From contig CAXKVF010000073.1 in assembly GCA_964057225.1 (NCBI GenBank), positions 930,001 through 994,000 of the forward strand: 64,000 nt of DNA, written 5' to 3'. A program made the position numbers and the translations under genes. The notes below the pieces were generated by a model. It did not search any database. It saw nothing but the letters and a program-made list of their open reading frames with translations, and was not told the origin of the DNA. Source of the DNA: Auanema rhodensis (Eukaryota; Animalia; Nematoda). Shown piece by piece: positions 28,512 to 38,375 of the stretch; within the stretch, counting starts at the first letter, position 1, and every line of letters begins with the position of its first letter.

Positions 28512-31500
28512 TAATTAAAGTTCACGTAAATTTCAAAGTCATGGTTACCATGAACCAATATCAATAAAAATTTGTTTTTAGATTAATATAGACATGAGGA
28601 ATCTAATTTTGAAAACCGCATCTCTTTATCTTTCACGTGAAGCGAGTTACATACCAAGTGCACATCACGTGTACATTTAATTAGCATAAATTAAAGTTCA
28701 CGTAAATTTCAAAGTCATGGTTACCATGCACCAATATCAATAAAAATTTGTTTTTAGACTAATATGGACATGGGGAATCTAATTTTGAAAACCGCATCTC
28801 TTTATCTTTCACGTGAAGCGAGTTACATACCAAGTGCACATCACGTGTACATTTAATTAGCATAAATTAAAGTTCACGTAAATTTCAAAGTCATGGTTAC
28901 CATGAAGCAATATCAATAAAAATTTGTTTTTAGACTAATATGGACATGGGGAATCTAATTTTGAAAACCGCATCTCTTTATCTTTCACGTGAAGCGAGTT
29001 ACATACCAAGTGCACATCACGTGTACATTTAATTAGCATAAATTAAAGTTCTCGTAAATTTCAAAGTCATGGTTACCATGAACCAATATCAATGAAAATT
29101 TGTTTTTAGACTAATATGGACATGGGGAATCTAATTTTGAAAACCGCATTTCTTTATCTTTCACGTGAAGCGAGTTACATACCAAGTGCACATCACGTGT
29201 ACATTTAATTAGCATAAATTAAAGTTCACGTAAAATTCAAAGTCATGGTTACCATGAACCAATATCAATAAAAATTTGTTTTTAGACTAATATGGACATG
29301 GGGAATCTAATTTTGAAAACCGCATCTCTTTATCTTTCACGTGAAGCGAGTTACATACCAAGTGCACATCACGTGTACATTTAATTAGCATAAATTAAAG
29401 TTCACGTAAATTTCAAAGTCATGGTTACCATGAAGCAATATCAATAAAAATTTGTTTTTAGACTAATATGGACATGGGGAATCTAATTTTGAAAACCGCA
29501 TCTCTTTATCTTTCACGTGAAGCGAGTTACATACCAAGTGCACATCACGCGTACATTTAATTAGCATTAATTAAAGTTCACGTAAATTTCAAAGTCATGG
29601 TTACCATGAACCAATATCAATAAAAATTTGTTTTTAGACTAATATGGACATGGGGAATCTAATTTTGAAAACCGCATCTCTTTATCTTTCACGTGAAGCG
29701 AGTTACATACCAAGTGCACATCACGTGTACATTTAATTAGCATAAATTAAAGTTCACGTAAATTTCAAAGTCATGGTTACCATGAAGCAATATCAATAAA
29801 AATTTGTTTTTAGACTAATATGGACATGGGGAATCTAATTTTGAAAACCGCATCTCTTTATCTTTCACGTGAAGCGAGTTACATACCAAGTGCACATCAC
29901 GTGTACATTTAATTAGCATTAATTAAAGTTCACGTAAATTTCAAAGTCATGGTTACCATGAAGCAATATCAATAAAAATTTGTTTTTAGACTAATATGGA
30001 CATGGGGAATCTAATTTTGAAAACCGCATCTCTTTATCTTTCACGTGAAGCGAGTTACATACCAAGTGCACATCACGCGTACATTTAATTAGCATTAATT
30101 AAAGTTCACGTAAATTTCAAAGTCATGGTTACCATGAACCAATATCAATAAAAATTTGTTTTTAGACTAATATGGACATGGGGAATCTAATTTTGAAAAC
30201 CGCATCTCTTTATCTTTCACGTGACGCGAGTTACATACCAAGTGCACATCACCTGTACATTTAATTAGCATAAATTAAAGTTCACGTAAATTTCAAAGTC
30301 ATGGTTACCATGAAGCAATATCAATAAAAATTTGTTTTTAGACTAATATGGACATGGGGAATCTAATTTTGAAAACCGCATCTCTTTATCTTTCACGTGA
30401 AGCGAGTTACATACCAAGTGCACATCACGTGTACATTTAATTAGCATAAATTAAAGTTCACGGAAATTTCAAAGTCATGGTTACCATGAAGCAATATCAA
30501 TAAAAATTTGTTTTTAGACTAATATGGACATGGGGAATCTAATTTTGAAAACCGCATCTCTTTATCTTTCACGTGAAGCGAGTTACATACCAAGTGCACA
30601 TCACGTGTACATTTAATTAGCATAAATTAAAGTTCACGTAAATTTCAAAGTCATGGTTACCATGAAGCAATATCAATAAAAATTTGTTTTTAGACTAATA
30701 TGGACATGGGGAATCTAATTTTGAAAACCGCATCTCTTTATCTTTCACGTGAAGCGAGTTACATACCAAGTGCACATCACGCGTACATTTAATTAGCATT
30801 AATTAAAGTTCACGTAAATTTCAAAGTCATGGTTACCATGAACCAATATCAATAAAAATTTGTTTTTAGACTAATATGGACATGGGGAATCTAATTTTGA
30901 AAACCGCATCTCTTTATCTTTCACGTGAAGCGAGTTACATACCAAGTGCACATCACGTGTACATTTAATTAGCATAAATTAAAGTTCACGTAAATTTCAA
31001 AGTCATGGTTACCATGAAGCAATATCAATAAAAATTTGTTTTTAGACTAATATGGACATGGGGAATCTAATTTTGAAAACCGCATCTCTTTATCTTTCAC
31101 GTGAAGCGAGTTACATACCAAGTGCACATCACGTGTACATTTAATTAGCATTAATTAAAGTTCACGTAAATTTCAAAGTCATGGTTACCATGAAGCAATA
31201 TCAATAAAAATTTGTTTTTAGACTAATATGGACATGGGGAATCTAATTTTGAAAACCGCATCTCTTTATCTTTCACGTGAAGCGAGTTACATACCAAGTG
31301 CACATCACGCGTACATTTAATTAGCATTAATTAAAGTTCACGTAAATTTCAAAGTCATGGTTACCATGAACCAATATCAATAAAAATTTGTTTTTAGACT
31401 AATATGGACATGGGGAATCTAATTTTGAAAACCGCATCTCTTTATCTTTCACGTGAAGCGAGTTACATACCAAGTGCACATCACGTGTACATTTAATTAG

Positions 31501-34500
31501 CATAAATTAAAGTTCACGTAAATTTCAAAGTCATGGTTACCATGAAGCAATATCAATAAAAATTTGTTTTTAGACTAATATGGACATGGGGAATCTAATT
31601 TTGAAAACCGCATCTCTTTATCTTTCACGTGAAGCGAGTTACATACCAAGTGCACATCACGTGTACATTTAATTAGCATAAATTAAAGTTCACGGAAATT
31701 TCAAAGTCATGGTTACCATGAAGCAATATCAATAAAAATTTGTTTTTAGACTAATATGGACATGGGGAATCTAATTTTGAAAACCGCATCTCTTTATCTT
31801 TCACGTGAAGCGAGTTACATACCAAGTGCACATCACGTGTACATTTAATTAGCATAAATTAAAGTTCACGTAAATTTCAAAGTCATGGTTACCATGAAGC
31901 AATATCAATAAAAATTTGTTTTTAGACTAATATGGACATGGGGAATCTAATTTTGAAAACCGCATCTCTTTATCTTTCACGTGAAGCGAGTTACATACCA
32001 AGTGCACATCACGCGTACATTTAATTAGCATTAATTAAAGTTCACGTAAATTTCAAAGTCATGGTTACCATGAACCAATATCAATAAAAATTTGTTTTTA
32101 GACTAATATGGACATGGGGAATCTAATTTTGAAAACCGCATCTCTTTATCTTTCACGTGAAGCGAGTTACATACCAAGTGCACATCACGTGTACATTTAA
32201 TTAGCATAAATTAAAGTTCACGTAAATTTCAAAGTCATGGTTACCATGAACCAATATCAATAAAAATTTGTTTTTAGACTAATATGGACATGGGGAATCT
32301 AATTTTGAAAACCGCATCTCTTTATCTTTCACGTGAAGCGAGTTACATACCAAGTGCACATCACGTGTACATTTAATTAGCATTAATTAAAGTTCACGTA
32401 AATTTCAAAGTCATGGTTACCATGCACCAATATCAATAAAAATTTGTTTTTAGACTAATATGGACATGGGGAATCTAATTTTGAAAACCGCATCTCTTTA
32501 TCTTTCACGTGAAGCGAGTTACATACCAAGTGCACATCACGTGTACATTTAATTAGCATAAATTAAAGTTCACGTAAATTTCAAAGTCATGGTTACCATG
32601 AACCAATATCAATAACAATTTGTTTTTAGACTAATATGGACATGGGGAATCTAATTTTGAAAACCGCATCTCTTTATCTTTCACGTGAAGCGAGTTACAT
32701 ACCAAGTGCACATCACGTGTACATTTAATTAGCATAAATTAAAGTTCACGTAAATTTCAAAGTCATGGTTACCATGAAGCAATATCAATAAAAATTTGTT
32801 TTTAGACTAATATGGACATGGGGAATCTAATTTTGAAAACCGCATCTCTTTATCTTTCACGTAAAGCGAGTTACATACCAAGTGCACATCACGTGTACAT
32901 TTAATTAGCATTAATTAAAGTTCACGTAAATTTCAAAGTCATGGTTACCATGAAGCAATATCAATAAAAATTTGTTTTTAGACTAATATGGACATGAAGA
33001 ATCTAATTTTGAAAACCGCATCTCTTTATCTTTCACGTGAAGCGAGTTACATACCAAGTGCACATCACGCGTACATTTAATTAGCATTAATTAAAGTTCA
33101 CGTAAATTTCAAAGTCATGGTTACCATGAACCAATATCAATAAAAATTTGTTTTTAGACTAATATGGACATGGGGAATCTAATTTTGAAAACCGCATCTC
33201 TTTATCTTTCACGTGAAGCGAGTTACATACCAAGTGCACATCACGTGTACATTTAATTAGCATAAATTAAAGTTCACGTAAATTTCAAAGTCATGGTTAC
33301 CATGAAGCAATATCAATAAAAATTTGTTTTTAGACTAATATGGACATGGGGAATCTAATTTTGAAAACCGCATCTCTTTATCTTTCACGTGAAGCGAGTT
33401 ACATACCAAGTGCACATCACGTGTACATTTAATTAGCATAAATTAAAGTTCACGGAAATTTCAAAGTCATGGTTACCATGAAGCAATATCAATAAAAATT
33501 TGTTTTTAGACTAATATTGACATGGGGAATCTAATTTTGAAAACCGCATCTCTTTATCTTTCACGTGAAGCGAGTTACATACCAAGTGCACATCACGTGT
33601 ACATTTAATTAGCATTAATTAAAGTTCACGTAAATTTCAAAGTCATGGTTACCATGAACCAATATCAATAAAAATTTGTTTTTAGACTAATATGGACATG
33701 GGGAATCTAATTTTGGAAACCGCATCTCTTTATCTTTCACGTGAAGCGAGTTACATACCAAGTGCACATCACGTGTACATTTAATTAGCATAAATTAAAG
33801 TTCACGTAAATTTCAAAGTCATGGTTACCATGAACCAATATCAATAAAAATTTGTTTTTAGACTAATATGGACATGGGGAATCTAATTTTGAAAACCGCA
33901 TCTCTTTATCTTTCACGTGAAGCGAGTTACATACCAAGTGCACATCACGTGTACATTTAATTAGCATAAATTAAAGTTCACGTAAATTTCAAAGTCATGG
34001 TTACCATGAACCAATATCAATAAAAATTTGTTTTTAGACTAATATGGACATGGGGAATCTAATTTTAAAAACCGCATCTCTTTATCTTTCACGTGAAGCG
34101 AGTTACATACCAAGTGCACATCACGTGTACATTTAATTAGCATAAATTAAAGTTCACGTAAATTTCAAAGTCATGGTTACCATGCACCAATATCAATAAA
34201 AATTTGTTTTTAGACTAACATGGACATGGGGAATCTAATTTTGAAAACCGCATCTCTTTATCTTTCACGTGAAGCGAGTTACATACCAAGTGCACATCAC
34301 GTGTACATTTAATTAGCATAAATTAAAGTTCACGTAAATTTCAAAGTCATGGTTACCATGAACCAATATCAATAAAAATTTGTTTTTAGACTAATATGGA
34401 CATGGGGAATCTAATTTTGAAAACCGCATCTCTTTATCTTTCACGTGAAGCGAGTTACATACCAAGTGCACATCACGTGTACATTTAATTAGCATAAATT

Positions 34501-37459
34501 AAAGTTCACGTAAATTTCAAAGTCATGGTTACCATGCACAAATATCAATAAAAATTTGTTTTTAGACTAATATGGACATGGGGAATCTAATTTTGAAAAC
34601 CGCATCTCTTTATCTTTCACGTGAAGCGAGTTACATACCAAGTGCACATCACGTGTACATTTAATTAGCATAAATTAAAGTTCACGTAAATTTCAAAGTC
34701 ATGGTTACCATGCACCAATATCAATAAAAATTTGTTTTTAGACTAATATGGACATGGGGAATCTAATTTTGAAAACCGCATCTCTTTATCTTTCACGTGA
34801 AGCGAGTTACATACCAAGTGCACATCACGTGTACATTTAATTAGCATAAATTAAAGTTCACGTAAATTTCAAAGTCATGGTTACCATGAACCAATATCAA
34901 TAACAATTTGTTTTTAGACTAATATGGACATGGGGAATCTAATTTTGAAAACCGCATCTCTTTATCTTTCACGTGAAGCGAGTTACATACCAAGTGCACA
35001 TCACGTGTACATTTAATTAGCATAAATTAAAGTTCACGTAAATTTCAAAGTCATGGTTACCATGCACAAATATCAATAAAAATTTGTTTTTAGACTAATA
35101 TGGACATGGGGAATCTAATTTTGAAAACCGCATCTCTTCATCTTTCACGTGAAGCGAGTTACATACCAAGTGCACATCACGTGTACATTTAATTAGCATA
35201 AATTAAAGTTCACGTAAATTTCAAAGTCATGGTTACCATGCACAAATATCAATAAAAATTTGTTTTTAGACTAACATGGACATGGGGAATCTAATTTTGA
35301 AAACCGCATCTCTTAATCTTTCACGTGAAGCGAGTTACATACCAAGTGCACATCACGTGTACATTTAATTAGCATAAATTAAAGTTCACGTAAATTTCAA
35401 AGTCATGGTTACCATGCACCAATATCAATAAAAATTTGTTTTTAGACTAATATGGACATGGGGAATCTAATTTTGAAAACCGCATCTCTTTATCTTTCAC
35501 GTGAAGCGAGTTACATACCAAGTGCACATCACGTGTACATTTAATTAGCATAAATTAAAGTTCACGTAAATTTCAAAGTCATGGTTACCATGAACCAATA
35601 TCAATAAAAATTTGTTTTTAGACTAATATGGACATGGGGAATCTAATTTTGAAAACCGCATTTCTTTATCTTTCACGTGAAGCGAGTTACATACCAAGAG
35701 CACATCACGTGTACATTTAATTAGCATAAATTAAAGTTCACGTAAATTTCAAAGTCATGGTTACCATGAAGCAATATCAATAAAAATTTGTTTTTAGACT
35801 AATATGGACATGGGGAATCTAATTTTGCAAACCGCATCTCTTTATCTTTCACGTGAAGCGAGTTACATACCAAGTGCACATCACGTGTACATTTAATTAG
35901 CATAAATTAAAGTTCACGTAAATTTCAAAGTCATGGTTACCATGAAGCAATATCAATAAAAATTTGTGTTGAGACTAATATGGACATGGGGAATCTAATT
36001 TTGAAAACCGCATCTCTTTATCTTTCACGTGAAGCGAGTTACATACCAAGTGCACATCACGTGTACATTTAATTAGCATAAATTAAAGTTCACGTAAATT
36101 TCAAAGTCATGGTTACCATGAAGCAATATCAATAAAAATTTGTTTTCAGACTAATATGGACATGGGGAATCTAATTTTGAAAACCGCATCTCTTTATCTT
36201 TCACGTGAAGCGAGTTACATACCAAGTGCACATCACGTGTACATTTAATTAGCATTAATTAAAGTTCACGTAAATTTCAAAGTCATGGTTACCATGAACC
36301 AATATCAATAAAAATTTGTTTTTAGACTAATATAGACATGAGGAATCTAATTTTGAAAACCGCATCTCTTTATCTTTCACGTGAAGCGAGTTACATACCA
36401 AGTGCACATCACGTGTACATTTAATTAGCATAAATTAAAGTTCACGTAAATTTCAAAGTCATGGTTACCATGAACCAATATCAATAAAAATTTGTTTTTA
36501 GACTAATATGGACATGGGGAATCTAATTTTGAAAACCGCATCTCTTTATCTTTCACGTGAAGCGAGTTATATACCAAGTGCACATCACGTGTACATTTAA
36601 TTAGCATAAATTAAAGTTCACGTAAATTTCAAAGTCATGGTTACCATGAACCAATATCAATAAAAATTTGTTTTTAGACTAATATGGACATGGGGAATCT
36701 AGTTTTGAAAACCGCATCTCTTTATCTTTCACGTGAAGCGAGTTACATACCAAGTGCCCATCACGTGTACATTTAATTAGCATAAATTAAAGTTCACGTA
36801 AATTTCAAAGTCATGGTTACCATGAACCAATATCAATAAAAATTTGTTTTTAGACTAATATGGACATGGGGAATCTAATTTTGAAAACCGCATCTCTTTA
36901 TCTTTCACGTGAAGCGAGTTACATACCAAGTGCACATCACGTGTACATTTAATTAGCATAAATTAAAGTTCACGTAAATTTCAAAGTCATGGTTACCATG
37001 TACCAATATCAATAAAAATTTGTTTTTAGACTAATATGGACATGGGGAATCTAATTTTGAAAACCGCATCTCTTTATCTTTCAAGTGAAGCGAGTTACAT
37101 ACCAAGTGCACATCACGTGTACATTTAATTAGCATAAATTAAAGTTCACGTAAATTTCAAAGTCATGGTTACCATGAACCAATATCAATAAAAATTTGTT
37201 TTTAGACTAATATGGACATGAGGAATCTAATTTTGAAAACCGCATCTCTTCATCTTTCACGTGAAGCGAGTTACATACCAAGTGCACATCACGTGTACAT
37301 TTAATTAGCATAAATTAAAGTTCACGTAAATTTCAAAGTCATGGTTACCATTCACCAATATCAATAAAAATTTGTTTTTAGACTAATATGGACATGGGGA
37401 ATCTAATTTTGAAAACCGCATCTCTTTATCTTTCACGTGAAGCGAGTTACATACCAAGT

Positions 37460-37463
37460 GCAC
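37460..37463 (+). other. Left target-site duplication GCAC (or TGCAC, 37459-37463)
   Basis: The empty monomer reads AAGTGCACATCACG. Here the left flank ends AAGTGCAC and the right flank starts (T)GCACATCACG. Confidence 0.9.
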
Positions 37464-37946
37464 TGTCGCAGTTGGCTATAGTTACCCACCTATGTTTCAT
37501 GTGCTATATAACGTATAGTTATTCACAAACACTCTGTTGAGTACGTTAAACATTATATTATCTTGAGAAGTATGTAAAACATTGATAAAACCTATATCAT
37601 ATAAAATCACATACTTAACTACATATACATAGTTAACTACATGAATATAGTACAGTTGAATTTGTCTTGCAACGACAAGCACGAATATATCATTCTTATT
37701 TCATTTAGACAAGTTCTAACAAAGTTACAACTTTGGGCATGTTGCCAAGATCAACTACCGTAATCAGATTATCAAGCATGCACATCTAAGAGTAGTGATA
37801 AGATCAATTGTTTACCTAAAATTGTTGATATAAGATATTTGTGATATATTTTAATCAGTTTAAGTCTCTCTTTTATTTTCTAATTTTTTAATAAATTCTT
37901 TTATTTTTTTCTTTTTTTTTCTTTTTTATTATACAGTCTTTTGACT
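37464..37946 (+). repeat. 5' LTR (483 bp)
   Basis: Starts TGTCGCAGTTGG and ends CAGTCTTTTGACT. By eye it matches 41087-41565 except for a 4-bp indel (~37625-37631, ACATATACATAG vs ACATATAG) and T37813 vs C41432. Confidence 0.96.
37829..37860 (+). promoter_or_regulatory. Putative LTR core promoter: TATA-like TATAAG plus Inr-like TCAGTT
   Basis: TATAAG at 37829-37834 and TCAGTT at 37855-37860, with the Inr A 28 nt after the TATA start. It lies upstream of AATAAA (37890), as expected for U3-R-U5 order. Motif inference only, in AT-rich sequence. Confidence 0.5.
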
Positions 37947-37961
37947 TGGGGGCCGAACCGG
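37947..37961 (+). promoter_or_regulatory. Primer-binding site, tRNA-Pro
   Basis: TGGGGGCCGAACCGG lies directly after the 5' LTR. It is complementary to ...CCGGUUCGGCCC-CCA, the C. elegans-type tRNA-Pro 3' end as I recall it. The vertebrate/MLV Pro PBS is TGGGGGCTCGTCCGG. Confidence 0.85.
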
Positions 37962-37991
37962 TTCTCTGCTCGATTGATTGTATTTTTTGTT

Positions 37992-38358
37992 AAATAGGGA
38001 AACGTATAGTTTCTTAACCTATTTTTGAGCGTATAGCTCTTGGTGATTTAGTCACAACTCTCCCGTATAGGGTTTTTCCGATTTTTCTGAATTTTTTTTT
38101 TTTTTTTTTTTTTCATAAAATTTTTTTGTGAAAAAAAAAAAAAAAGAAAAAGAGGAAAAAAAAATTTTGCTAAACACTGATTAGGTGTTAACAGAATTTT
38201 TTTTCGGAGAAACTTGAGAGAGTTGAAACTTTCACTTTTGATTTCGAGAAGAAATCAAAATTTTTTGTCATTGTTCGTATAGAATTTTTTTGACAATATT
38301 TTAAATTATTTTTTCGTATAGAAAACTAATAATTTTATTTCCAGTTGACAAACAGTCA
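37992..38358 (+). other. Structured 5' leader with repeated C-GTATA-G stem-loops (candidate packaging/export/translation cis-element)
   Basis: Five CGTATAG hairpins with distinct complementary stems, a C-GAGAA-G hairpin with a 10-bp stem, and long T/A-tract stems containing G-T pairs. Function is inferred from position between the PBS and gag. Confidence 0.7.
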
Positions 38359-38375
38359 TTGCCTATATCTCCATC

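Larger units (their letters stand above)
1..37463. repeat. 176-bp tandem satellite array, left arm (~213 monomers; continues beyond window start)
   Basis: The monomer ATTAAAGTTCACGTAAATTTCAAAGTCATGGTTACCATG(A/C)ACCAATATC...CCAAGTGCACATCACGTGTACATTTAATTAGCATAA restarts at 1, 177, 353. Printed lines recur every 2640 bp (15x176). Monomers differ by only a few substitutions; one +1 G indel at ~611-615. Confidence 0.99.

Noticed and set aside
1-37463. CRISPR-like or coding interpretation of the repeat
   Set aside because: There are no unique spacers, no cas genes and no ORFs in the track. It is a plain tandem satellite.
37497-37682. 61-aa minus-strand ORF in the 5' LTR
   Set aside because: Short, AT-rich and without motifs. 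The 3' LTR copy is frameshifted by the 4-bp indel.
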